Positions 38,776-49,831 of a stretch of 64,000 nt of DNA are shown here, piece after piece; position 1 is the stretch's first letter; each line of letters opens with the position of its first letter. Location of the stretch: contig CAWHDP010000001.1 of assembly GCA_963828125.1 (NCBI GenBank), positions 96,001-160,000 on the forward strand, written 5' to 3'. This DNA is from an uncultured Chlamydiae bacterium (GTDB taxonomy: Bacteria > Chlamydiota > Chlamydiia > Chlamydiales > SM23-39). Below the pieces are notes generated by a model. That model was given only the letters and a program-made list of their open reading frames with translations, did not search any database and was not told the DNA's origin. A program made the position numbers and the translations under genes.

Positions 38776-40049
38776 CTCGACTTTGCAACTTTTAGCTGCC
38801 TAACTCAAGCGGCTTGAAGCACCCGCTTCACTATGTCATCCGCCCAGTTCCACATTTCGGGCGTAATATTTTCTACGGAAGAGGTGAATTTGCCCTTCCT
38901 GGAAATTAAATTATCCCTCCATATCACCATGCGCACAGCTCTTAGCATGTCGGAAAACGTGGCTTGCTCTTTCTGGTGCCAAGCAGTGGATTCCACTTTG
39001 AGCAAACCCACCTGTTTCAGCCGATTAGCCATCATACAGACACAACTATATAATCCCATCAGTATAGGAGTCGATCGGGCGATTGCTCGATCTGACCATT
39101 GCCGTTGAGTCTCCACCCCGAGATGCTCTCGACTTTCTTCGAACGTGACCTCAAGACTCCAACGATCTACGAATAGTTCGACCATACGTTCAACAGTCAT
39201 GAGCGGATCTGTGCTCATAAGAGGTAAAGGATCCAATTTCCCCGTAGGATCTACCACTAAAGCCCATCGAATAGGTATAGGCGTCGCTCCATCTGCTCCC
39301 CACATGCATGTATCGGAAATTACACGCGCTATTCTTTTTTCTCCGCCGTACCCAACGACCTCTATTTCTTTCCATGGCAACCCCTCCAGAGACAGCATCT
39401 GTTTGAAATTTTTCAACCGGACGCCCTTTTTCGCAATACGCCCTCTTCGGCCAGGCTGTTTCTCGGCGGGGAAATCAAACAAGGCTGCATTCATCTTCAG
39501 GCGGGACACAAGAGCCACTCCAAAAGAAATGCAGTCTAAAGCCAATTGCCCTGCCGCATATCCCCCATCTCCAACGAGGATTAAAGGCCAAGTTTTCCCC
39601 ACCCACCGACGCACTTGCAAAATCATCTGACTTGTCCATCTCCAGGGGAAGTTTATCGGAGACGAAAACGAGCAACAGCTGAAACAGAATCTTTGCCGCC
39701 TTCAGAGAGGACCATTCAGCCCGATTTAAGAGGTGATGGTACTTGGAACATCCCGGTTCATACTCGAGTCCCATTGCACGCAACGCAGAGCAAATGGTTC
39801 TTTTACCCGTACATAAGAGCGTACCGAGCAAGAGGGTTAGGGCTTTTTTCCAGGAGGGTTTAGAAAAAAGTACCGAGAAAGGGAGTAGAACCGATAAAAT
39901 GTTGTGTGATAGAGAGTCCATTGGCATAGCCTTTTGTCTTTGAACAACAAAGATTATGAACGATGGGGGACTCTCTATCAATTTTTATTTTTGCAATCTC
40001 ATGGCTGACGAGCGTCAGCGAGGAAGTCATGAAATTGTACAAAGTCGAG
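38776..40049 (-). mobile_element. IS701-family element, internally deleted and frameshifted
   Basis: ctcgactttg TIRs. YHHLLNRA.WS, LVGDGGYA and RW.LEVTFEE.R.HLGVETQRQWSD motifs split over ORFs 39475..39981 and 38805..39626. Confidence 0.85.
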
Positions 40050-40092
40050 ATACTATGATTCTAGAAGCGGTCAATTCTTAAGCCAAGATCCG

Positions 40093-40920
40093 GTGTCTTA
40101 CCCGATGTGCCTAGATCTATATGCTTACGCTAATGGGGATCCAGTTAATTACTTTGATCCAGATGGTCGATTTGCGTCTTATGCTTATCAAGTGACAAAA
40201 CCTACAGTTATTGCAGGGCTAGATCATCTTACTGGTTACAGCCAAACTGTTAGGGCTGGCAATTGGCTTTCTGCTTATTGTTATGATCACAATCTTACCC
40301 ATTCAGAGTCTTTTCAAGTTGGCTCATTTAATTTGCCAAACAGCGCTATCGGCTTTATCAATGGCATTGCCAATACTAAAGAAGAGTCTATGGCAAAAGC
40401 ACGATACCTAAGTGGGTATGCAGGAGGGGCGACAGTTTATGGGGTATACAATGCATCAAACAGCGTCATTGGAGATTTAATTGATTCTGGACTAGGGCGT
40501 ATTGGAATTATGACCCCTCCAACTCAGAAAATAAAAGATCGATGGCATGATTTTTTTGCAATAAGTGGACCTGAAGCAAAATTTTTTCAGCACTGCCATA
40601 GTCATGGAGCTACTCATGTCAAAAATGCACTCTTAACTTCTCCAAAGGAAGTTCGACAACGCATTATTGTTTTAGCGATTGCTCCTGCGGAGATTGTATC
40701 TAAGACGCTATGTTATGAATCTTATAACTACATGAGTAGGCGTGATTTTGTCACCCACTTTGATATTATTGGAAAGATGAGGCACAGAGATGAGTTAATC
40801 ATATTAGAACCCCACCCAGATGCCAATTTTTTTGATCATGATTTCTTAAGTCCCACTTTTGCAGAGTCAATCAAGCGTCATACTAAAGAATATATAAAAA
40901 AATATGGAGGAATGCAATGA
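40093..40920 (+). pseudogene. Orphan Rhs C-terminal cassette with alpha/beta-hydrolase (DUF687-like, lipase-type) toxin
   Basis: Begins at the core end (DLYAYANGDPVNYFDPDG). FINGI.N, CHSHG nucleophile elbow, RDFV and DH motifs. Confidence 0.8.
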
Positions 40921-41576
40921 AGCGTTTTTTAAATTTTTCACTGGTATTATTTATGTTTGTTTCTGTCTTCGGTTGCACTTATTTTAGAGATCAAATGCCA
41001 GATTATGAAAAAATTGCAGATAAAATCACAAATAGAACCGCTGAGAAGCTTAAAGAAGAAAAAAAACTCACCTTAATAGGCATTGGCGGAAGAATGATGG
41101 ATGATATACAGATGATGGCCATGAGTTTCAATTATTATCAGGAAGTCAATTTAGAGCAGGCAAGAGAATTGCTAATTTATGTCATTAATGAATATCTTTC
41201 TGATATCAACAATAACCAAGATGTTAGACCTTATCTTCATGAATATCCATTTACTTCCAAAAATGTAGAAATAAGAATATTTATTTATGGCCCAGATAGG
41301 AGAACACTTCATCCGGACAAGATCGGTTACATTTCATCTATTGATGGTGTTTTGGAATATTACACTGGTGCAGATGATGATCATCCCATATGTAGAGAAA
41401 CATACACTGAGGCTTTAAGCGAGATAGCTTTCAGTCAAGGATTAGAGACTGGTGTCAGAAAGACAAACGAAGAAGTAGTAGTTGCGAAGGCTGTCGCAAA
41501 AGATGGAGCTAAAGGTGAGAGTCAGCTTGTAGTACAGGCATATAAGCTTGTGAAAGCCCATGCTGCCAGATGGTAG
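40917..41576 (+). CDS. Lipoprotein immunity protein, C-terminus fused to foreign sequence
   Basis: Signal peptide with VFGC lipobox and ATGA coupling to the toxin. Paralog of 46992..47594. Confidence 0.8.
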   Translation: MKRFLNFSLVLFMFVSVFGCTYFRDQMPDYEKIADKITNRTAEKLKEEKKLTLIGIGGRMMDDIQMMAMSFNYYQEVNLEQARELLIYVINEYLSDINNNQDVRPYLHEYPFTSKNVEIRIFIYGPDRRTLHPDKIGYISSIDGVLEYYTGADDDHPICRETYTEALSEIAFSQGLETGVRKTNEEVVVAKAVAKDGAKGESQLVVQAYKLVKAHAARW

Positions 41577-41805
41577 CTTAAAGCAACGAGACCGAGGCAC
41601 TCCGCAAGGAGGAGTTATTAGTCCAGTTTTAAGCAATCTATTCATGCACTATGCATTTGATGCTTGGATGAAGAGGATGTACCCGGGAAGACCCTGGTGT
41701 CGCTATGCAGACGATGGACTCATTCACCTCAAAACAGAGCAAGAAGCACAAGAGATGCTTCTCGCACTCAAGAAACGTTTTGAAGAATGTGGATTAGAGC
41801 TGAGG
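41523..41805 (+). pseudogene. Group II intron reverse transcriptase remnant
   Basis: QLVVQAYKLVKA (N-terminal segment) joined to GTPQGGVISPVLSNLFMHYAFD...RYADD...GLEL. Confidence 0.9.
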
Positions 41806-41918
41806 TGGTCGATGAGGAGGCCTTTATTCGCAATAGATTGAAATCGCCGTTCTCGTTATAATTTTTTCTCTGTGTCAACCGGACTTCGTAAGGCCAAGTG
41901 TCAACAGTAGGGAATGTT

Positions 41919-44900
41919 ATGCGATGGTTACTGTGTTTGATCTTCACTTCCCGATTGATCGCTGCTCCTTTCGAAAACCTAGGGCCTTCAACTCCCGATG
42001 AAATTGCCTCTTTAAGTACAAATCTTCTGATCGACGGCTATATTTCCCCTTTGTCTGGACAAGTCTCCCTTCATGCAACAGATCTGCATATTAAGGCAGC
42101 ACAAGACCTCGCACTCAAAAGAACATATGTGCCGCCTCAAATTCTTGGTCGCTATGAAGACAAAGATGATTTTGATCGTTTGCTCTTAGGGAAAAGTCTG
42201 GCATCTCAAGAAAGCAGGCGGTGGGCAATATTACCTCATCTTTGGGCTGGATTTAATTTGCATTCTCCCTATTTTCAGGTGCGTGATCCCAGCGGTTTTG
42301 TACTTGAATTCGAAATTCGTGGGGCTAAGGGAGTTTTAAAAACCAGTGCCTATGGCTTGAGCAATTTAAGACAGGGAAAACCGGATAGCACAGCAGATCT
42401 TCGCAATATTGAATTTTCGATAGATCCAGATGCAGCCCACATTATTTGGCCAGACGGAACAGAGCGCATCTATCGAAAACAATCCGCTGCACTATATCGC
42501 CTAGAAGCTGAACTTCTTCCGAATGGAAAGCGCATCGCTTACGAATATGACACCCAAGGGCTATCTAGAATCGCATCTACAGATAGATCCGGCAAATATA
42601 CTTATGCCTCGATTAAAAAAATTGGAGAAAACGCATACGTTGGGTCTGATGGCAGAGAAGCAAGGTTCAACTATGACGTATTTGAAGTTAAAGGCAAGAT
42701 AAAGAAAGGAAAATCGAAAGAAAGCTTTTCTTATAGGACATCCGTTCTCACAACAGCATCTAATCCAATTTATTCCAACAGGGTTCAATACAACGAGAGG
42801 AGCTTACTCTCATATTATGACGCAAAAGACTATCCATTATGGTTCGAATATTTCAGACATAAAGGAACAGTTGCTCGCACCCAGCGTCTAAATACCCCAT
42901 CCGGGTCTACTTTTTTTCCTACGATCCTCCGATTGCAGGAAAAAAAAGTGGCTGGACAAAAGCAGAATACGGAAACGGTGCATCTACTATATACCGCTTC
43001 AATCAAAATCTCCTCCTTTCCGCTCTTGAAAATTGGTTGGGTGGCACTCTCATTAATCAAAAAACCTTCACTTACAACCCCAAGCAACACATCCAGCGCA
43101 TTGAAATCCGAGATGGAGCCGGCAATCTCCTCATTGCCTACAACTATGAATGCGACATGCAAGGCAATCCCATTCTCGAGCAAGCCGAAGGGGATTTTGG
43201 CACTTTTTGTATTAAACGAACCTTTACTACAAAAGGCCGGCTCATTCGAGAAGAAAGAGATGATGGACTCGGGACTGAATACACATACTTAGAAAATACA
43301 CGCCTCCCTACCTCCAAAACAACCCTAGAATGGGGAAAGCCTATTCGTAAAACTTCTTACTTTTATGATGAAGCAAATAACTTAATCGAAGAGGCGGAAG
43401 AGGGAAGAACTCGTATTAGGTATATTCTTAATACCCAAGACCCCAATCTACATCGAGTCCAGTGGAAAGCAGAGAGCGACTGGAATGGGGTGCTCATTCA
43501 TAAGACGCATTTTATTTACGACGAATATGGGAACTGTATTGTTGATCCAGATGGAGGCATCGAGACCTATGAGTACGCGCCAAATGGCCTTTTAGCTTCG
43601 CAAACTGACCCTGACGGCCTCAAAACAGCTTTTACCTATGACGCTTTAGGGAGAACTCTTTCCAAAACAGTAGGTTTCTATACCACTTTTTATTCTTACG
43701 ATGCCTACCATTTGATCGAAGAGATCGATCCTCAAAGCCTCACTACTACATTCAAATACGATTTAGCAGGACGCAAAACAGAAGAAGAAAAAGCTGGTCG
43801 AAAAACAAAATTTTCTTACGATCCACTCGGCTTTTTAGCAGCTATTGAAAGAGGACATCGCCGGACTACATATCTTCGCAATCAAATCGGGCAGATCCTG
43901 GAAAAATCGATCGACGAGCATCTATTAACTCGTTGGACTTACGACTCGGCAGGCCTCGTCGCAACAGTCCTGCAAGCAGGAATCTTTTCATATTTCTACG
44001 ATCCTTATGATCGTCTTATCGAAACAATCGATGAGGAGGGCGGCAAAACAACCATCAGCTACGGAGAGGGTGAGCAAATCCTAGTCAAGACGATGCGAAA
44101 TCCAAGAAATGTAGAAACAATCGAAACTTATAATGCGCATGACCTGCTCCTTAAAAGGGAAATTCCTGGCTGTGTATTAGAAGAATTCGAATACGATCGC
44201 GCCCTTCGACTGATGAGACAAGGACCATTAAGCTTTTCTTATACTCCTGGAGGATTGCGCGCTTCCATGACGGAAGGAGAAATTCGAACGACTTTTTGGA
44301 TCTACACCCCCAGTGGAAAACTCCAAACAAAAATAAAACCCGACGGTACTGTCATCGCCTATGAATATAATCTTCAAGGAGAACTGACTAAAGTGGGTTC
44401 CCGCGAGTTTCGGTATGATCCAAATGGTCGGCTCATTCAAGGAAGCGGATTTTTTAGAACGCTCGATCCCTTTGGCAATATTTCAAGAGAAGAATTTTCA
44501 ACTGGTCTTTGGATTGAAAGCAAATATGACGACTCGAATCGCCCCACAGAAAGAACGCTGCCCGATTACAGCCGTATTGACTATGAATATGAAGGACCTT
44601 TTTTAAAAACAGTCACCCGTCTACACTCGAATGGGTCTGTCCTCTATACACACAACTATGATCGATACAATGAAGTTGGACTCATATTATCAGAAACAGG
44701 CCTCTTCCAAACCACCTATGCCTATGATAAAACCGGAGTAAGAAGGACATCCCAAATAAATCCATACCTTAAAGAGGCGCTTGTCTACGATGAAGCGGGT
44801 AACCTTATCAGGAGAGGAGCAGTCACTTATACTTACGATAATGCTTCCCAGCTCACCTCAGAAACTGGCAAGTTCACAGCATGCTACGATCAACATTACA

Positions 44901-46015
44901 ACTGCATTGAAAAAAATGGACAAGCTCAACCAGTTGACGCAGCAGGACAAATCCAGGGACTTCCATACGACAAAAAAGGAAATCTCATAAAACCCGGCTT
45001 CATTTTTGATGCTTTCGATCAGCTCATTTCAGCTGAAGAAGATTTCATTTATGATGCAGTTGGAAGAAGACTACAGAAAGGGAATACCTCTTATCTTTAT
45101 ATCGACGATGAGGAGATTGGATCTTTTGAATCAGGGAAGGCAAAAGAACTCAAAATACTCGGGCATCAAAATATTGTTGCCATTGAAATTGAAAATAGCA
45201 CCTTTGCTCCCGTTCAAGATGTACAAGGAACAATCCGATCCCTCATTGATTGGAAAACAAAAAAGCTCGTCAAAGAGAATTTTTGCGATGCATTTGGATT
45301 CGGGTTAACAGATGCAATCCCCTACGCCTATGCAGGCAAAAGATATGATGCAAAAACAGGTCTTATCTACTTCGGTAAGCGCTATTATAATCCAGAGCTG
45401 AATCGTTGGCTTACTCCTGATCCTTTGGGGCCCATCGATCATTCAAACCTCTATCAATACGTTTTCAATAACCCATTTCTATATCGAGATCCATACGGCG
45501 AAAGTATAGGTGGATATCTTCTAGGGTTAGGAGAGATCATTTTGGGTGGAACTATCATGGCCGGCGGTTTTGCACTTGAAGTGGTTACTGTTGGTGGGTT
45601 CACACTCGGCTTAGGGGTGACAACGGGAACTGGAGCATTATTGATGGGACATGGGCTTTCTATGACTACGTATCATACTCAGGATCTTAAGGCTCCCACG
45701 ATTTCTTGGAAAAATACTGATGTATACGCACCAGATAGACCTCTTCCTCTAACTCCAGCAGGAGTTCCAATCTCGGATACGGATGCGCCCCATACTCAAC
45801 TTGGGACAAAAGATAGTAAAAGAAGACCCGGTGAAAAATATCCTCAAGCTAGAGAGTTTGATAGCAACGGAAAACCGGTCAAAACTATCGATTTTACGGA
45901 TCATGGGGAACCCCCTATTCATCAAAATCCTCATGAGCATCCTTGCAAACCTAACCCAACAGGAGGAACTCCTAAAAGAGGAGATCCGCAACCGCTAGAA
46001 AATTGGAAATATTAA
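41919..46015 (+). pseudogene. RhsB: inverted paralog of RhsA with a -1 frameshift, a ~150-aa in-frame deletion and a variant Ntox24-like tip
   Basis: ORFs 41898..43292 and 43037..46015 align with RhsA. A 1-nt loss lies at the T7 run 42911-42917. Confidence 0.9.
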
Positions 46016-46491
46016 TGTTTAATCCAAAATATCGAATTTTGATTACAAGCAAATGCTTTCCTGAAGATGGAGTTATAGGCTTAGGTACCCAATTGATTTC
46101 GATTCTTGACTTTGTTAAAAATTATATACCTCCGCATATATGGTATGCAGCTGATGTTGAAGTAGTTGGAATAAATGCTGAGAAACAGAACTTTAGCAAT
46201 ATACAAATAGCTCCAATAGGGACTGATGTTCAATTTATTGAGTACTGCTCTGGAATCGAACAATTCATCTGGGGAGTGTTCTTATGTATTGATAAAAAGT
46301 ATTCATCTCAAAATGTTATAGGTGTCGAATTGGAAACAGAAGACAAACCATTTCGCTCAATAGATTCTGATGGAATTTTAATAGAAATCAGAGCATTCGA
46401 TACCACTTACTTCGGAATATACGCCGAAGATCTTGAATTGATTACAAAAATAGCAAAACAATACAGGATTGCCATCGAACAAATTAAATAG
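46015..46491 (+). CDS. Cognate immunity protein of RhsB
   Basis: TAATG coupling to the toxin stop; [17 protein letters not shown] motif. Confidence 0.8.
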   Translation: MFNPKYRILITSKCFPEDGVIGLGTQLISILDFVKNYIPPHIWYAADVEVVGINAEKQNFSNIQIAPIGTDVQFIEYCSGIEQFIWGVFLCIDKKYSSQNVIGVELETEDKPFRSIDSDGILIEIRAFDTTYFGIYAEDLELITKIAKQYRIAIEQIK

Positions 46492-46550
46492 GGATTTTCC
46501 CGACTCCTACCGATCCCCCCTGCTACAAGCAGGAAAAAATAGAGGTTCAT

Positions 46551-46760
46551 ATGACACACAAAAGATTGCAAAATAAAATAGCTCTTATAACTGGAGGCTC
46601 TCGAGGAATAGGCGCAGCCATTGCCAAGCGTTTTGCTAAGGAAGGATGTCATGTAGCTATTAGCTATGCAGAGTCCAAAGAAAAAGCCCTTCTTTTATTG
46701 AAAGCACTCGAAAAAGAGGGAGTCAAAACTCTAGCTGTACAAGCGGATCAGGCAAACTCC
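46551..46760 (+). pseudogene. SDR oxidoreductase N-terminal fragment
   Basis: [20 protein letters not shown] Rossmann motif, truncated after VQAD. Confidence 0.85.
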
Positions 46761-47016
46761 TGCCGTGATTGTTCCTCAAAAATTATGTTTTCGATCTTAT
46801 AACTATATAAGTAAGAGGGATTTTGTCACTCATCTGGATGTCTTAGGCAAGCTAAGATATGGCAATGAGTTAAAAGTCTTAGAACCTCATCCTCAAGCCA
46901 GTTTTTGGGATCATGAAGTTTTGAGTCCTACTTTTAAAGATGTATTAAAGGATCATATTTCTGATTATATTAAAAATTATGGAGGTATCAAATGGAGTTT
47001 TTTTGTGATTTTTTAA
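46760..47016 (+). pseudogene. 3' remnant of a second hydrolase toxin allele
   Basis: [24 protein letters not shown]...LEPHP.A.F.DH..LSPTF aligns with the end of 40093..40920. Confidence 0.85.
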
Positions 47017-47594
47017 AAATTCTGCGTGTCTGTGTTTTTGTTTTTTGTTGTACATCTTGTAGTTCTTCAGCAGATTATGAAAAAATAGCTAATAAAATTA
47101 CGGAAAAAACTGCAAAAAAATTGAAAGAGCAAAAGAATCTATGTCTTGTAGGAACGGGCGGGCAAATGATGCATGACATACAGATGATGGCAATGAGTTT
47201 TTATTATTATCAAGAAGTTGATCTCCAAGCAGCTCGCAAACTTATTGTATCCGCACTTGAGGAATATTTAGTAGAGATTAATAATAGCCAAGAAATAAAG
47301 CCTTATCTTCATCAGAATCTTTTTACTGCTAAAAATATTGAAATAAGAATTTGGGTTTATAATCCGGATAGATCTGAACTTCCTTTGGACAAAATATATT
47401 ACATTTCCTCTCTCAATGGTGAGGTTAGCTATTACATTCGTGCAAAGGATCGCCAAGCAATTCATGAAGAAAGTTATGAGGAAGCATTAACAGAAGCTAC
47501 GGACAATCAAAATGTTGCAAGGCAAATTAATCCAATAATAGGCGGAAATTTTCAGCAGGAGAATGTCTTCAGAGAAGCAATAGCAAAAGATTGA
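46992..47594 (+). CDS. Lipoprotein immunity protein, allele 2
   Basis: DYEKIA.KIT..TA.KLKE.K.L.L.G.GG.MM.DIQMMAMSF.YYQEV.L shared with 40917..41576. Confidence 0.82.
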   Translation: MEFFCDFLKILRVCVFVFCCTSCSSSADYEKIANKITEKTAKKLKEQKNLCLVGTGGQMMHDIQMMAMSFYYYQEVDLQAARKLIVSALEEYLVEINNSQEIKPYLHQNLFTAKNIEIRIWVYNPDRSELPLDKIYYISSLNGEVSYYIRAKDRQAIHEESYEEALTEATDNQNVARQINPIIGGNFQQENVFREAIAKD

Positions 47595-48022
47595 GGTGGA
47601 CCCAATCGACCGGACAACTTTTTAGGCAAAACTAGTTTGCTTCTACTGTTTCGTTTTCCTTCCCGAAGGAGGAACAACGGCTGCTGTCGGTTTGGCAGCC
47701 TACCAAAACTACGAATTAATTCACAACTGTTTTTTCAGTACACACTCCTTTGCTCTTTGTTCAGAACTACACATGCCTTCAGATCCGAAGGCAGAAAGGA
47801 GCACGGGGGAACCCCCCGTGCGCGCGCGACCCTGCCTTCATTTTCCATAATGCACCTCGTGAGGTGTTTTGTAGCCGAGCGCTTGGTGCGGCCTTTTGGT
47901 GTTGTAGTATTGACAATAGCTGGCAAGGCCGACCCTTGCTTCGGGCATGCTTTGATAGTCTTGCAAATACACGTTTTCATACTTCACCGATCTCCATAGC
48001 CGTTCCACGAACACGTTGTCCT
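47592..48022 (-). mobile_element. IS3-family right-end remnant
   Basis: Minus-strand translation DNVFVERLWRSVKYENVYL...YYNTKRPHQALGYKTP, with a TG-starting TIR at 47592. Confidence 0.85.
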
Positions 48023-48084
48023 GACTTCGACGGTTTTTTTTATTCCCGTCCTTAAAACATAAGCACTTAAGTTTTTTCGTTACA

Positions 48085-48402
48085 CTACATTTTCTGCTTC
48101 AATGTGTATCGGCTAGGGCCTTCAGGATTCTGAACATCCATTGCCCTATAAATCATCCTCGCCTCCTTTCCGATTCTTGATGGCACTTTATAAAAATGTC
48201 CCGTTGTTTTGTCTTCCAAGATGCTCGGTTCGATTTCTGCGAGAGAGTTCCTTATTTTTTCGATGCTGATCGATTCGTCAAAAATATTGATTTTCTGCTG
48301 TGCATATCTCGTAATTGCAAAAGCAAGGTAGCAGATTAAAATGTGAGCCTTGATACGATCAGGGGTGAAATGATACATCGGCTTGGCTATTTCTATCTCC
48401 AT
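48085..48402 (-). pseudogene. IS1634-family transposase C-terminal fragment
   Basis: PMYHFT..RIKAHILICYLA motif. Confidence 0.8.
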
Positions 48403-48408
48403 GGATAG

Positions 48409-49036
48409 CTAAAGGGCCAGCAACTTCTTTATAATGCGTTCAAAACTCAGCTTCTTTAACTTTCCAGACGGGTCCTGAGCCTCTAGCTTGGACCAATCAG
48501 CAGGAGAAGCTTGATTCACCCAATTAGACAATTGCTTTTGAAATGTCTGCAGCCATTTGGGGTGCTGCTGGGAGAGGAAAGCAAATTCAGCAAGCGCTCG
48601 ATCGGAAAAATCCCCCAACTGCGTGGTTACGTACCAAACCCCATAGAGATCCTTGAGCATCTTTGATGCGCTCTTCCGTCTGGTAAACGTAAGCCCCTTG
48701 TGGAAGATCCATGCTCCAGGTGAGACGACCTTTCCCGCTTCTCCTGAATAGGTTCGGAATTCTATTGTCGTTTGCAGGCTCAGCGTCAAGTAGCTCAAAG
48801 GCTGCTGCTTCATTGAGATATTTGGCGATGTTCTTTTTAGAGATCTCAGGAACCTTTCTGGGAATCAACGAGTCAATATCACGCGTTCCAACAGGGGGAT
48901 TTTCGAGCTTGGGATCGGCGAGGTAAAGCTTGTAAATGAAAAGAGCAAAACCGCCTCCGATAACAACGAACTCTCGCCATGGTCCCAGTGACTTTAAAAA
49001 TTCTGAAATGATTTTGTCTTCTTGAATCTGTTTCAT
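48409..49036 (-). pseudogene. AbiEii/GSU2403-like nucleotidyltransferase toxin, disrupted
   Basis: VVIGG.A...T.DID motif in one frame and P.A...HK...R...K..KDLY in another. Confidence 0.75.
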
Positions 49037-49764
49037 TTGTTCTTAAGGCTTTTGTAGATGCGTTTCAGTTCAGGTGCTCGCTGGGCTATAAATTCTGCTT
49101 GTTCTTGTCCTCGCAGGGGAAAATGATAAAGATCTAAAAAGGTAAGGAGGAGGGGGCAAATATCAATTTCTTTGCCGTTCTTCCTATTTTGCTTGAGCAG
49201 CATTTTGTAGTAAGGCTCGATCAACAAAACCTCATACCCTCTTTCTTGTGGATCTAATTGCAGAGCGCTTTCTAATTTCGGTCTAATAGAAGGGTCAAGG
49301 ACATACAATTCTAATCCTTTTAGATTGGTATTCTTAAGCCCAAGCGCTTCGGCTGCTGAATGAAGAGCCAAGATCACGTTTTGTTCGAGCCCAGATTTCT
49401 TTAAAGCCTTGAACCACTCTGACTTTCCAGAAAGAGCGGAAGCGTAGGTTCTGATTTTGCATTTTTTCACGATGCTATAATGCTCTAGCCAGCTTTCTAG
49501 AAGTTCTTTTGGTTTGTTAAAGGAAAACCTCTTGGAGGTTCTGATTCCTTCAACTTGAAGAAGTCCTTTCAGTACCAGAATATTGAAAACACGTTGAACC
49601 AGACCGAGGCTTACCCCTGCTTCTTTAGCAACTTCTCTCAATGAGAAGTTTACTTTGAAAAGCCCTTCTCGAAGCAGCCAATCAAGCACGAGAGAGGACT
49701 TATCTGCATAGACATTCCCTTCTGCTGGATCTTCATTTGAACTTACTAGGAAACGACCTTTCAT
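49033..49764 (-). CDS. AbiEi-like type IV antitoxin / wHTH regulator
   Basis: SLREVAKEAGVSLG.V......L...G HTH and a C-terminal P...FLDL...P.RG.EQAE motif. Confidence 0.8.
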   Translation of the reverse strand: MKGRFLVSSNEDPAEGNVYADKSSLVLDWLLREGLFKVNFSLREVAKEAGVSLGLVQRVFNILVLKGLLQVEGIRTSKRFSFNKPKELLESWLEHYSIVKKCKIRTYASALSGKSEWFKALKKSGLEQNVILALHSAAEALGLKNTNLKGLELYVLDPSIRPKLESALQLDPQERGYEVLLIEPYYKMLLKQNRKNGKEIDICPLLLTFLDLYHFPLRGQEQAEFIAQRAPELKRIYKSLKNK

Positions 49765-49793
49765 TGCGACCTCCTTCTGTTCATTATAATACA

Positions 49794-49831
49794 CTGTTCA
49801 ATATATATTGAACAGACATAAATATTGAACA
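49794..49831. promoter_or_regulatory. Operator palindrome of the AbiE-like operon
   Basis: Perfect 22-bp palindrome ctgttcaatatatattgaacag plus an extra half-site atattgaaca. Confidence 0.75.

Noticed and set aside
41523..41841. Diversity-generating retroelement or retron acting on the Rhs tips
   Set aside because: The RT is a short group II intron-type fragment (PQGG, YADD). No Avd gene or TR/VR pair was seen, and differences between the Rhs copies are not confined to adenines.
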